A DNA stretch of 64,000 bases. It comes from Octopus sinensis (taxonomy: Eukaryota). The notes under the pieces are model-generated. The model worked only from the letters and a program-made list of their open reading frames with translations, was not told where the DNA came from and made no database searches. The first letter of the stretch is position 1. The number at the start of each line of letters is the position of its first letter. The DNA lies in NCBI RefSeq assembly GCF_006345805.1, contig NC_043000.1:141112001-141176000 (forward strand). The letters run 5' to 3'. Both the position numbers and the translations under genes were made by a program. Shown one piece after another: positions 36,385 through 51,150 of the stretch.

Positions 36385-37469
36385 ATAATGTGGCAACACA
36401 CCGCTCAGTAGCTGAAGAATTCAATTGCAAACACCCTGAGCGAGAACCATAGAGCCATACTACTGTCTGCTATTTAATCAAACGTTTTCAAAAAACTGGC
36501 TCAGTTGCTAACCATAATAAGAGATATGGGTGACCAAAAGTTGTAACTGATGAAGAAACATCCACTATTGTTTTGGCGAATGTTGTTAGAAGTTCTGTGA
36601 AATCAGTCAGAAGAGTAAGTCAGGAGCTAAACATTAGCAAATCATAAGTGCATCATAATCTAAAGACTCATGAATTTCATTCGTACAAAGTACATCTTCT
36701 GCAAGCTCTTCATGGTGATGACAAAACTAGACAATTGGAATTCTGTGAATGGATTCGTGCACATAGAGATTCTTAATATTCTTCAGTGATGAAGCCATTT
36801 TCCATTTGAAGGGCCAAGTAAACTGACACAATATGTGCTATTGGTCAGATAACAATTCACATTAGAATGAGGAGGGGCACCATCAGAACAACCCAGGGAT
36901 CATGGTCTGGTCTGGGCTGGAATCAGGAGGAAGAAATCATTGGCCCTTACTTTTTTAATGATAATGTCACCGGTGAAACATATTTAAAGCTCCTGCAGAC
37001 CTTGTTTGACTACTTGAGGATGCTCCCATAATTCGATGAAAATACTTCTTTTCTCAGCAGAATGGAGCTTCAGCACACTTTGCTAATTGTGTGAGTAACT
37101 ACTCAAACCAGACCTTTCCTAAAAGATGGATTGGACAGAGAGGTTCTGTGGAGTAGCCACCCTGATCTCCAGATCTTACTCTGCTTGACTATTTCCTTTG
37201 GGGACATCTCAAACCAGAATCATCCATGCACTCTTGATGATTCGAAGGATGCAGCAATAACAACTGAGTGCCAAAAGATCATCTTTTCCACATTCAGGAG
37301 TGTGAAAGACAGTTTCATAAAGAGAACTGATGCATGTTTTATTGCAGAGGATGTTCAATTTGATTCATTTGTTATGATTAATTTCAATAAAGTGTTTTAG
37401 GAATCGATAAAGGTGTACTTCTAAAAAAAAAAAACCAGGATGGTGCATGACTTCTGGGACACCCTGTAT
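36385..37469 (+). mobile_element. Tc1/mariner-superfamily transposase remnant with right TIR
   Basis: FQKTGSVA, FHSYKVHLLQAL, FSDEAIFHL, WIG..PP*SPDLTLLDYFLWGHLK. TIR-like end atggtgcatgacttctgggacaccctgta. Confidence 0.85.
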
Positions 37470-37487
37470 ATATATACATATATGTCT

Positions 37488-37885
37488 TTCATCTTTTATC
37501 TGTTTCAGTCATTAGATTGTGGCCATGCTGGGGCACCACCTTGAAGAACTTTAAATTTAATGAATCGACCCCTGTACTTATTCCATCAGTATCCTTTTGT
37601 TAAGCTGCTAAGTTTCAGGGACATACACAAACCAACACTTGTTGTCAAGTGGCAGAGAGGGACAAGCAAAGATACAAAAAAACATACACACATGCATAGT
37701 TACACACGCAACCACTCACACACACATATGAGGGCCTTCTTTCAATAACCATCAACCAAATCCACTTACAAGTATTACTGCCTGAAGCTATATTTGAAGA
37801 TATTTGCTCAATGTGTCATGTAATAGAACTAAACCTAGAACCATGTGGTTGAGAAGCAGGCTTCTTGCCACACAGCTACACCGGC
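37488..37885 (-). mobile_element. SINE family C, diverged
   Basis: Reverse-complement family C motifs. Confidence 0.8.
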
Positions 37886-37887
37886 AG

Positions 37888-37933
<46 letters not shown>

Positions 37934-38619
37934 CATCGAAGAGGCCAAGGAACAGAAGAAAGAAGAAGAAAGACATGCACCCAACACCAGAGCTGAAGAC
38001 ACCTCAGAAAGGAGGTGGGGCCGCCACGTCAAAACGGTAGAGGAGTAGGGGCCGAAACCGGACGTGGTTCCTCCTGATGATGTCTTGAGCTAACTGGATC
38101 ATATAAAGGAGCTGTTGTGGTAGCAGACCAAGAAACATGGTTGAAATTCCTCATTCCTATATATATATATATATCTATATATATATCTAATTTAATATAA
38201 TATATATATATATATATTTTAGTCATAATGTAAACTGCATGATCATCTCAATAATGTGGTAGCATGTAAAAAGGCCCCAGTCCATGATGTAAAGTGATAA
38301 ACATTACAAAGGGCATCCAGCCATAAAACTATGCCAAGGTATACATTGGAGCTCAGTGCATTCCTTAGAGACACTGGTTCCTCTGAAACCATCTGACCTA
38401 TGCCAGAATGGAACACAGATGTTAAATAATGATGCTGATGATGTATGCATGTATGCGTGTTTGTGTCTGTGTGTGTATACACACACTCAACACATGTGTT
38501 TTATCAACTAGGCACTATTTTAAACTTCTTTTTAGATTTAAATATTGACATGTGATATTTTTAATGTTTGTTTTCTTTTTGTGAATTGCTTCATAGCTTT
38601 GTACCAACCAAATTACCAT

Positions 38620-38995
38620 CATCATCATCATCATCGTCGTTTAACGTCCGTTCTCCATGCTAGCATGGGTTGGACGGTTCGACCGGGGTTCTGGGAAGCC
38701 AGAAGGCTGCACCAGGCTCCAGTCTAATTTGGCAATGTTTCTACAGCTGGATGCCCTTCCTAACGCCAACCACTCCGTGAGTGTAGTGGGTGCTTTTTAC
38801 GTGCCACCTGCACAGGTGCCAGGCGGGGCTGGCAACGGCCACGGTCAGATTGGTGTATTTTATGTGCCACCGGCACGGAAGCCAGTCGAGGCGGTGCTGG
38901 CATCGGCCACGAGTCGGATAGTGCTTTTTACGTACCACCAGACCAGGGATCCTGGCTGGTTCAATTCGATTTCGATTTCGCTTGCCCCAACATGT
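38620..38995 (-). mobile_element. RTE 3' end with VNTR
   Basis: Same tail and units as 26548 and 47400. Confidence 0.85.
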
Positions 38996-39595
38996 CTTCA
39001 CAAGCAAATATCAAATAATATCAGGAATTAGCACACATCAGCAGGAATAACAAACTTACAAAGAGTTTACAACATGTATTAACCCGCATCATAGAATAGC
39101 AAATAGCCTCACTAAAATATTACTATCTGATTAAAATTTAAAATTTTCTCTTTAATAAATTGTCATGTTATAAACCAGAGAACAAAACTAAAATCATTAA
39201 AGAACTATATTAGTTTACTTGCAAACATGAAAGCTGTTAACTGAATAAATTTAATTGCCATTTTGGACATATTTGTATATTACTATAGCCTGAAGCTATC
39301 CAAGCACCTGCAACATATAATATATAGTACACAGTAGAAAATCTAACAACATAGGAAATTATAATTGACAAAACCAGTGCTATATCAGAGAAGGTAACTG
39401 CATCAGGCTCCAGTCTGATCTGGCAGTGTTTCTACAACTGGCTGCCCTTCCTAATGCCAACCACTCTGTGAGTGTAGTGGGTGTTTTTTACGTGCCACCA
39501 GCACAGGTGCCAGGGGAGGCTGGCAATGGCCAAGATTGTTAACATTTAAATTCCTTTTTTCTGAAGATGGACATTCCTTTGATCTTTATGATATG

Positions 39596-39978
39596 TGGAG
39601 GCGCAATGGCCCAGTGGTTAGGGCAGTGGACTCGCGGTCGTAGGATCGTGGTTTCGATTCCCAGACCGGGCGTTGTGAGTGTTTATTGAGTGAAAACACC
39701 TAAAGCTCCATGAGGCTCCGGCAGGGATGGCGGTGATCCCTGCTGTACTCTTTCACCACAACTTTCTCTCACTCTTACTTCCTGTTTCTGTTGTACCTGT
39801 ATTTCAAAGGGCCAGCCTTGTCACTCTCTGTGTCATGCTGAATATCCCCGAGAACTACGTTAAGGGTACACATGTCTGTAGAGTGCTCAGCCACTTACAC
39901 GTTAATTTCACGAGCAGGCTGTTCCGTTGATCAGATCAACCGGAACCCTCGTTGTCGTAACCGACGGAGTGCTTCCAT
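39596..39978 (+). mobile_element. tRNA-derived SINE (H1 + T1), full length
   Basis: ggaggcgcaatggcccagtggttagggcag (A box) ... ggtttcgattcccagacc (B box) ... gacggagtgcttcca. Confidence 0.92.
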
Positions 39979-41071
39979 CCCATGATATTACTGAGATGCA
40001 AATATAACAGTTGTTCTTGAAATTAACCTTAAATTAATAATTGCTGGTATTAATGTTGTTATTGCTGTTGTCACGAATATAACTCCTTTTAGTAGTCCTA
40101 TATTTTACTCCTTCAAGATTTTACACAAACATTTTACACCAGGGAGAAAAGGTAGTCCCACACACTTCCTCTTTGGAATAAAAAGTACCCCACAAACAGA
40201 AACCTGATACTAAAAATGTCTCACTTCATTGCTTCAGTCCCCAAAGTAATATAGACGAGTATTTAGCTGATTACACAAATTTATTTTTAAATGTTATTAG
40301 AACAATAAACAGATGTAAATAACTTTAAAAATTAAGTTTCTGGGTGAATAAGTTAATAAGCAGGAAACAATAATATCTTCAAAGGGCCAGAGAGTGGCAC
40401 CCTTAGCACATCTAGTAAGATTAGTAAGCATTAATTCTGTTGTGTGGGCACTAATCACATTCTTCTTTCTAACCATCCCCTTGATGATCCATTGACAATT
40501 TTCACAAAGTACACCTCACAAAGATGAAAGACACAAGTACAGCAAAAATTCTGTATAACCTTTATTTCTCATATGGAGTTGGCATTATCCATATTCTTCT
40601 AATTAGGTGAATATTTAGAAGATGTAAATGGATTAACATTTGATTATTTATCTCAGCATGAGTTTACTTGAGGAAAGTATTGGATGGCAGTGGTAGTAAA
40701 AATTAATTAATAAATTTCAAGTTTATTTGCAATGAAAATAAATTAAATTTAGATTCCTAACAAGCAATTCATTGATAAGAAATTATAACATAAAATTCAT
40801 AAAAATAATTTTGACTATCTAAAAAACACAAAAAACTGTTAATTACACTCTCTATTTATTTCTTGAGATGTCGAAATTTTCATTTTACCTCTGCAGCTGG
40901 GTCAGTGACATAGTTCCATAGTTCAATTCATTGCCAACTCTGACCTTGGGGACAACATTTCTGTACATATATTGCATGTATTACATAAGTCATTCATATA
41001 CACCTGGTTTTCTTAACAACCACCCGAATACAGAAGATATAAACCTGATTGACATTTACTAGGTATAGCTC

Positions 41072-41480
41072 TTTACTCTTTTACTTGTTTCAGTCATTTG
41101 ACTGTGGCCATACTGGAGCACCGCCTTTAGTCGAGCAAATCAATCGCAGGACTTATTCTTTGTAAGCCTAGTACTTATTCTATCAGTCTCTTTTGCCGAA
41201 TCGCTAAGTTACAGGGACGTAAATACACCAGCATCAGTTGTCAAGTGATGTTGGGGGCACAAACATATAAACATATACACACACGTACATATATATATGT
41301 ATATATATATATACATACATACATACGATGGACTTCTTTCAGTTTCTGTCTACCAAATCCACTCACAAGGCTTTGGTCGGCTTGAGGCTGTAGAAGAAGA
41401 CACTTGCCCAAGGTGCTATGCAGTGGGATTGAACCCGGAAACAAATGCTTTGTAAGCAAGCTACTTACCACACAGCCATT
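41072..41480 (-). mobile_element. SINE family C
   Basis: Reverse-complement family C sequence. Confidence 0.9.
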
Positions 41481-41979
41481 CCTACACCTATTTATTCTGT
41501 TTACTCTTTCTCTCACCAAGAAGAAAGTATCTATGGTATTCTATCCTATTGCAAACCCAAACTGCATTCCATCTGCACTAATTATCTTCCTAAATATTTG
41601 TGCTAACTCTTTTACATGATTCATCAGTTTGATGACCCTGTAACAGCCTTTTCTAGAGTCAGTCCTGATTTTGTTACATTAGTCATGTAGTACAACACCT
41701 GTCTTTGTTGCTTGATTGGTTATGTAAACACCTAGTGCTATCCTTTCTTCATCAGATGTTGCTTTCAAATTTTGGCACAAGGCCAACTTCCTTCATCAGA
41801 TATTACTAGCATCTCAGTGACTATCCATCAAGGACTAGCTGCTGTGTCTGTCCTCATATCTTTACCTATGTTGTCAACTTCAGTAGCTGATTTCATTGTT
41901 CAAAATACTTACTTTATTTTTTCTCTTACTCTCACTCACTTTCTCGTATAAATTCTCTCCTAAGAATTCTCTTGTTATA

Positions 41980-42345
41980 GGCGTGGCTATGTAGTACAAA
42001 GCTTGCTTTCCAGTCACATGATTCTGGGTTCAGTCCCACTGTGTGGTACTTTGGGCAAGCGTCTTCTACTATAGTCTCAGGCTAACCAAAGCCTTGTGAG
42101 TAGATTTGGCAAGCAGAAACTGAAAGAAACCTCTGTGTGTGTTTGTGTGTGTATACTATTGTGTCAGTGATAGACCCCACCACTGCTTGGCCATATCTTT
42201 GCACTTCAGTGAAAGAGACCAATAGAATAAGTGTTAGGCGTAAAAAAAAATAAGAACTGGGATCAATTCATTCAATTAAAAATTCTTCAAGGCCATACCC
42301 TAGAATGGCAGCCGTCATGCTACTGAAACAAGTAAAAGATAAAAG
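41980..42345 (+). mobile_element. SINE family C, older copy
   Basis: ggcgtggctatgtagtacaaagc...gggttcagtcccactgtgtgg... Confidence 0.8.
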
Positions 42346-43059
42346 ATTTTGTAAGCTTTCATATTAATATTTCCAGCTGAGTCCTTCTTAGCATCGATGA
42401 GAATAAATATTCTTCTATCATTCTGAAAATATTTTTCTACAATGGCACCTTGATTTGTTCTGGTACATAGTTTTGCAATCTGGAATAATTCACACCTCTG
42501 ATCTCTTCATTGTAGAACATTAGTAAGACTCTTACTTTCAAGTCAAATCTTTGTAGTTCTGATGCCCAATTTGTCTTATAGATATCTAACATTGTTCCTT
42601 ACACCAAATTATTTTCCCAATATTTCCAGTCCTGTTTCTTAACATTTATTGCTCTATCTACTGTATCTTTCTATTACCATGTCATCTTCCATCTGGTTGA
42701 TGGAAGATGACATCTTCAGCCTTGCTCCAGCCATCGATCTATGTGAAGCAGCATGCTGTCTCACAGAAGCAACTAGTTATCCTCAAGTTATAGATTTTTA
42801 TCTCCCACTTCTTATCATATGCACCAAATACAACTTTACTTATCTTAATTTTAGCAGAGAGATCTTTTAGTTTCTACACTTCTCTTTTCCATATTGCATT
42901 GAGTCACTGAGTCTATCTCGCTCATAATCTAGTGCTCCTGAACACTATTCAATTTTGAATGGTACAATCTTCACTAAGGTTAAATTTACTTTTCTTAAAT
43001 ATGTCTACCTTGTTTCCTGGTTTTCGAAGTATTTTCGGCTTTCATGTTTGCCAACATAA

Positions 43060-43453
43060 TCTCTCTATATATAAAGCTGAAGTTGTCTGTGTATGGCAGG
43101 TTTGGCAGCCTTCAACTAACACTATCTCCTCCAAGACCCTGCAGCACAAGTTGATCAAAATTGAGAGTATGATAGAAGAAGGCTTGCTCTTCCTTCCGTA
43201 GACAAAAAAAATTCAAATCGGACCATGTTAACACCAAAAATTATTTACATCAAAAAGGTACTTTTTTTCTATGAAAATCCCTATTTTTTACGATTTTTTG
43301 ACTGCCGTGTTGCCATTTTCTGGTGTATTTCAACCAGAAAAAATGTTCATTTAAAGAGAATAACAAGCTACATAATGCAAAAGTTTTACTTTTCAAAAAT
43401 TCCAATTCTAAAGGGTCGAAACAAACCCGAGCAACGCCGGGCAATACTGCTAG
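43060..43453 (+). mobile_element. Non-autonomous Helitron-like element
   Basis: 5' TCTCTCTATATATAAA; 3' hairpin cccgagcaacgccggg followed about 8 nt later by CTAG. Confidence 0.7.
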
Positions 43454-45679
43454 CAGGTAATAAAGAGTGGCTGGGTTCCTAATGTTAGTGTAGCAAATGT
43501 TTTGGTCATTTACTTCACAGAACTCCAAGAGTCTTGATCCCTTTCATTCCTTGTAACATATCAATAGCTTTTGTATACTTCAAAGTAGCTATCCCTGGTT
43601 TATTCCAACATGAACAGTAAAGACACCTGCTGAAATTGTAAGAGTGTCATCAGTTATTCAAGTTGTCTGCAAGAAGGCTTCATAGAAATGATTCTTTTTG
43701 TTCATATATAAGCCTCCATTGTAGCGCATATGCAGAGATCGCTGTTGCTGTCATGTTAACTACAGCTACTTTATATTTAATTATCCTGTCACTCACTCTC
43801 ACTAAATAAATAATTTTATCCACCTAATTCTTTTTCACAAATATGCCTACTCTAGCCCTACCAATTCAGTTCATTCAGAAAACTTTATACCCATGTTCCT
43901 TATCTGTTAAGAACCAAGTTGTCTTCTCTCCATCTTACCTCACGCAAACACACTTCCTCTCTCTCTCCCTCTCTCTCCACTGCTCCAGCATGTATAGGAT
44001 CTGTCTAAACATATCTTGTATCATATTGACATTGGTAATGGCAAGACTGATCATTTATACTTGACAGAAAGGGGACGTTTTAGGGGGGGGGGTCTGGTAG
44101 CTGGTGGACTTAGTGTTTCTTCCCAGCTTTCTGTTGCTGAAAAGAAACAAGCTAATATGATTGTTTGATGCAAGTTGAAGAGTTCTTACACATAGCCAAA
44201 TGTTTCCATATGACCACAGTACTACCATATATAGCACTAGCATGGTAAGTATCAGTCCTATATACACAGTCAAAGATTTCCAAAGTAATTATGTTAGCTA
44301 TGGTTTTTGTTTGGTACTACTGACTAGACACCTTTCTTATCAGCATTAACATTACAGTAAGTGTTGCATGCCTTTCTTAGGTAATATCTGCTGCTAAAAT
44401 CGAAATGCTTCCTTAATATTGTGTTAGTATCTGAGGGATTGAGTTGGCAGAATTGTTACTGCTCTAGGCAAAATGCTTAGCAGCATCTTTTCAAAATTTA
44501 TATTCTGAGTTGAAATGCTTCTGAGAACCACTTTGTCTTTTATCCTTTCAAGGTTGATAACATAAGTTCCAGTTGAACATAAGGGTCGATGCAAATGACA
44601 ACCTCTCTCCCATGGTCAGTATTCTAGAGTTGCTGATATCCTGAGCAAGTTGCTTTAATTCAAGCTTCTGGAGTTTCCTTTCCATGCAAAAAAGAACAAC
44701 AAAATAAAACAATAACAAACACCAATAATTTACACTATGGCCTGAGGGCGTTTCATCATGCTACCAGCACCATCAAGAATATCTGCTAGAACTAAAGCAT
44801 TCCTCCTATACTGTGTCAGTTTTTTAGAGTCTTGATGCCCTGAAGATGTTGTCTAAGCACGCAAAGTTCAAATACTGCTTGCATCTTTCTACAATATAAT
44901 GCTACAAATAAGGTCAGGTGCTATAATAGGTGGCTTTGTGGTTAGGAAGTAAGTTCTCAGCCACATAAAATTCCCTGTGCCCATATGCATAATTCCTGAC
45001 AGATCCATATACAATACATGTTTGAAAATCTAATGTGAAATTAGTCAAATGTACTCGTATATTTTAAAATCTATTTAAATCTTAATTCTAATGTATTCTG
45101 TGTATTTTCAACTTCATTTCTCCTTTCACTTGTTTGAATTAATATTGATTTGTCCATTAATATATATATCTTATATATACATGGCAATTTCTGCCTGTCA
45201 ATCTGTCTGTTACTATCTTGCTACCTATACCAGTGAACCAACCTTGACAAAACTTTGCAAACATGTTAAACTAACATCTACTTCAATTATAGGCTAATTA
45301 TATTTCAATAAAATTCTATAACTGGCCCTCTAGTGGGGTTGGGCTATTGTTTAATAAAACGAGAAGGGTGCAAAGAGTGTTAGTGTGAGAGAAATATGAT
45401 GGCCTTGTGAGTGTAGCTGATATCAGAGAAGGGGAGAACTGTGTTGTATAAGCAACAAATAAAGAATGGCAGTAGGATGGTAACATTAATACAGCTGTCA
45501 TTCATTGGATACCTACTTTCGTAAATACATAGATACATGCACACACACAAACACACACATACATACATACATATAACTAACTTAAAATGCTGAGGAAGGG
45601 AAAGAAAGGAGGGTGTGAGGAATATGTAACATTAAGAAGAGAGGGAGTAGGTGGTTTTTCTGCTGTACATTACAAAGAA

Positions 45680-46625
<946 letters not shown>

Positions 46626-46932
46626 CTACTATACACCATTTTAAACTTGTGATCACCTATGCCTGTTTGTATATGTGCTTGTGTGTTTGTGTATGTTTGT
46701 GTATGTGTCATATCATATCGCTGTCTGTCTCTCTACTTTTGTAGGGTCTTCCCTATCACATATTGTGATATTTTAAAATTACATCAAAATTTTGCGAAAA
46801 ATTGCACAAATCCGTCCTGATCAAGAGGACTATCTGTCAGGGAAGGCATCGCCTAACATAGAATAAACAAAAATTTATATAGAAAGTTTTATAAAAATTG
46901 CCCAGCAACAATAGGATCTCCAGCTAGTAAAA

Positions 46933-46994
<62 letters not shown>

Positions 46995-47399
46995 GCATGT
47001 GTGTTTACATATTCAGAAATGAGATGACTGGTCACAGGTGTTTAGATGGTGGTAATTTGGTACGGCGGCAGGCTGGATGTTAAACTTGTTTTGGTGATGG
47101 CTTTTTTTTGGCAGCAAAACTTTTTGGCACTGAAAGCAAACACACACATATACACAAACAAAAATATATACATACAGACATAAAAGTGAGGGAGAAAGAC
47201 AGACAGAGGGAGTGATGTTCTTGTAGCAATCAGGGCATTTAATGCATCATAATGTTTTCTTTCTCTTTCTATGAAATTTTCTGCTCACAATGCCAAAATT
47301 AAATTCACTGCCAGTCTGTTTACTTTATCAGAGATATATATAAATCCATTGTTAGAAAATTTTTCTTTCCATGTTTCATCAATATTTTAACAGCCATCG

Positions 47400-47800
47400 T
47401 ATCATCATCATCATTTAGCGTCCGTTTTCCATGCTAGCATGGGTTGACGGTTCAACTGGGGTCTGTGAAGCTAGAACGCTGCATCAGGCCCAGTCTGATC
47501 TGGCAGTGTTTCTACAGCTGGATGCCCTTCCTAATGCCAACCACTCCGCAAGTGTAGTGGGTGCTTTCTACATGCCACCCACACAGGAGCCAGACGGAGC
47601 TGGCAAATGGCCACGAACAAATGGTGCTTTTACGTGCCACCAGCACGGAGGCCAGTCGGGGTGGCGCTGGCAATGGCCACGAACGGATGGTGCTTTTTAC
47701 GTGCCACCGGCACGGGTCCAGGCGAGGCTGGCAACGGCCATGAACGGATGGTGCTTTTTACGTGTCACCAGCACGGAGGCCAGTCGGGGCAGCGCAGGCC
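47400..47800 (-). mobile_element. RTE 3' end with VNTR (60-67 bp units)
   Basis: Common tail plus 4 units ending ggatggtgctttttac. Confidence 0.85.
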
Positions 47801-48107
47801 CATATGGCAAGTATGTATAAAGTAAAGAAGAAAGCTAAATGAAATTAAGTAGTGCAGTAGTTTAATAGTTGTGACTACAAATGATTACAAAATCTTCATA
47901 ATACCAAAAGTTATTCATGTACACACACACACACACGCAATCATGCATACATATATATTCACATGCATATATAAATCCTTAAATCCTTAAAAATGTTTTA
48001 GCATGAAAGCTGTGGTCAGGCTGGGGCACCACTGTTGATTGTGCTACACTAGTATGTGAAACCCCTTCTGATACGTGGCACTTGGTCAACAAGGGGGTTC
48101 GACACCT

Positions 48108-48325
48108 ATTTCTTTACTACCCACAAAGGGCTAAACACAGTGGGGACAAACAAGGACAAACAAACGGATTAATTCGATTATATCGACCCCAGTGCATAAC
48201 TGGTACTTAATTTATTGACCCCGAAAGGATGAAGGGCAAAGTCGACCTCGGCAGAATTTAAACTCAGAACGTAGCGGCAGACGAAATACCGGTAAGCATT
48301 TCGCCCAGCGTGCTAACGACACCGC
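48108..48325 (-). mobile_element. SINE family B
   Basis: Reverse-complement family B sequence. Confidence 0.9.
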
Positions 48326-48329
48326 TGCC

Positions 48330-49085
48330 CACATGTGCTTCCTGCTGAGAGGTAGATTCATCTGGAAGCCCTGACAAGAAGAGATCGAGTTTAGTTTTAA
48401 AGAAACCCACATCCACACCATGCAGGTCTCTCAGGCATTTAGGAAGGATATTGAAGAGCTGTGGTCCCCTGAAACTCAAGCTGTTGCAGTATCTGGTCCT
48501 GTATTTTGATGGTAATGTTGGGATCTTTGGCACCATGCAGTGGCCCCACGTTCTGCTGTTGGGGTAACTTTCAATGCCAAAATTTGGGACTTTCCAGACT
48601 TTTCAGAATTTTCCAGATGTATATCAGTGCATATCTCTCCTGCCTCCACTCCAGGGAGAAGAGTTTTAATACTTTCAATCTTTCTCAGTAGCTGATATGT
48701 TGCATTGAGACAATCTTCTTAATATAGCTTCGTTGTATTGCTTCAAGTTCTGCTGTTAACTTTATATTGTGTGGTGACCAAAGTTGAGAGCAGTAGTCCT
48801 AGTGGCTGAGGACGAATGTCTTCCAAAGGACAATCAGTGTCTCTTTCTCTCTTGTTCTGAAAGTTCAGAGGATCCAGCCAGCCAGCCATCTACATTTTAT
48901 TACCAAATTGGCAATATGCACTTGGAAAGATGCATCATAGCTCATGTCAATGCCCAGGTCATGCACTAATTTTGACTCAGTGTATCCGGTCTGCATGTTG
49001 TTCAGCTTTGTGTGCCACTAGTGCAGGGCTTGGAACTTCCCTGCATTAAACTGCATGTTGTTGTCCTCAGCCCATCTGTATGTTG
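48330..49085 (-). mobile_element. CR1/L2-group LINE 3' fragment
   Basis: Minus strand: RWLAGWILRTFRTR, YCSQLWSPH, ERLKVLKLFSLE, FRGPQLFNILPK. A related piece lies at 62120-62310. Confidence 0.75.
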
Positions 49086-49431
49086 TATCCATATATCAAA
49101 TGGAGAATATCTCACTTCGGGAGTCTATTCAATTATATTAAATGAAACACATGAAACATCATAGGCAATGGAAGTCCTAGAAAAGCATTCTCCGAGGGAA
49201 AGCTAAAATCAGTAGCAGAGATATTTTTGCGGTCATTCTTCGAACAGGCAATGTGAAGAATACTATCTTAACAAATAGCTAGCGGTATGTAAAATCTGAG
49301 TACACATTCAATGAGATAAGAGGATGTTGTTAAACGGAAATTGTGAAAAAAGACATTTGACAGCCACAAGTGGTGCACAAAAGACCTCAATAGAATCCTA
49401 AAGAAATGAGCGGTCCTCTTCAAATGTTATA

Positions 49432-49830
49432 CTCTTTTACTTATTTCAGTTATTTCACTGCGGTCATGCTGGAGCACCTCCTTTTTAGCTGGGCAAATCG
49501 ACCCCGGGACTTATTCTTTTGTAAGCCCAGTACTTATTCTATCGGTCTCTTTTGCTGAACCGCTAAGTAACGGGGACATAAACACACCAGCATCGGTTGT
49601 CAAGCAATGCTAGGGGGACAAACACAAACACACAAACACACACACGCACATATATACATATATACGACAGGCTTCTTTCAGTTTCCGTCTACCAAATTCA
49701 CTCACAAGGCTTTGGTCGGCCCGAGGCTATAGTAGAAGACACTTGCCCAAGGTGCCACGCAGTGGGACTGAACCCAGAACCATGTGGTTGGTAAACAAGC
49801 TACTTACCACACAGCCACTCCTATGCCTTA
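49432..49830 (-). mobile_element. SINE family C, young copy
   Basis: Near-identical to the reverse complement of 34737-35130. Confidence 0.92.
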
Positions 49831-50084
49831 TATATCTTTAAATTAAAAATGTGGGTAGCCAACACTGATATCGAGTGACAATACAACTATCCATGTTTGA
49901 GATGGGTATTGTCGACGAAATCACCACTATCCATCATCAAGGACATTTGTTGTCAAGGGGCAATTCTGCTTTTCGTTTCTTCTCTCATTGAGTCTGCATT
50001 CAAACACGAAAATGCACCATGTTTCCCATCATGAATCTGACGTTGATAAGACTTAATAAAATAATAATAATAATGGTTTCAAAT

Positions 50085-50262
50085 TTGGCACAAGGCCAGC
50101 AATTTCGGAGGAGGAGTTAATTGATTACAACAGCTACAGTGCTTGACTGGTGCTTATTTTATCAACTCAGAAGGAGGAAAGACAAAGTCAACCTCAGCAG
50201 AATTTGAACTCAAAACGTAAAGTCAGATGATATGCTGCTCATCTGCGAGCTCGCCACCCTAA
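50085..50262 (-). mobile_element. SINE family B, alternative tail
   Basis: Family B core with a ttcaaatttggcacaaggccagcaattt end. Confidence 0.75.
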
Positions 50263-51150
50263 CAATAATAACAACAACAACAACAATAATGATATTGATA
50301 ATTATAATAATAAATAAATAAATAAATATTTCTCAATTTAGCAATAAATTTGAAAACATTTTATTGCTCAATACTTGACATCATGTCTGGAATCCATCTC
50401 AGACTTTTTCTCAATAAAATCAAATAAAGTGTAATCATTATCAACACTTGAAACTAACCATATAATAATTACAGGAAGAAAATTTTAAAAAGAACTTTCT
50501 TTGCGAAGTTTAAATTATTTTTGAGACAAAATTACCAGAATATCATCAGTAATGTTGTCACTGTCAGCACAGCTGTCATCATTGCTTACACATCCAGTGG
50601 CATATAGTTGTTATTTAACTGCATGTCATTTATGAACTTGCACACCTAGGATCAAAGGTGTTCCAATTATGACAAATCTGTATTCTTTTGAAAGTTTAAT
50701 ATGCATCTTAGACAACATTTCTTACGTGGCCTTTCTTTATAGAAGGAGAGACATGACTATTATTTCTAGCATATCAAGCATATGTGTAGAAAGTTTTACT
50801 TTGGCTTGCTGTTGTTTATGTGAGTCTGTATAGCCCTGTTTTAAAAGCAACAATACATTTAAAAGCTACATACATTACATCATATCTTGATATTCTGTGC
50901 AGTGAGATTCCGATTGACAAACCCTTGATACTAAATAAGGTGTTAACATTTATGGTATGCGAATGAATAGCTTCAGTTTTCTTTAGCTACTGAAACTGTT
51001 CAGTATATAAACAAATTTTCAGTTTCTATTTCTAGGATTAGTCAAATTGATGTAGATACCTCTGATTAAGGCTGCTTATTATATTTCTTTAGTTACAGAG
51101 GAATAGCTAAAATAACCCTGTTCATAATATTACTATATAAATTACATATA

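Noticed and set aside
38040-38095. Hammerhead ribozyme (gccgaaac...ctgatga)
   Set aside because: Core motifs are present, but stem I is missing and the stem II strands do not pair in this order.
39596-39670. tRNA gene
   Set aside because: It is a SINE head: it continues into a conserved SINE body seen in several copies and has no acceptor-stem closure or poly-T terminator.
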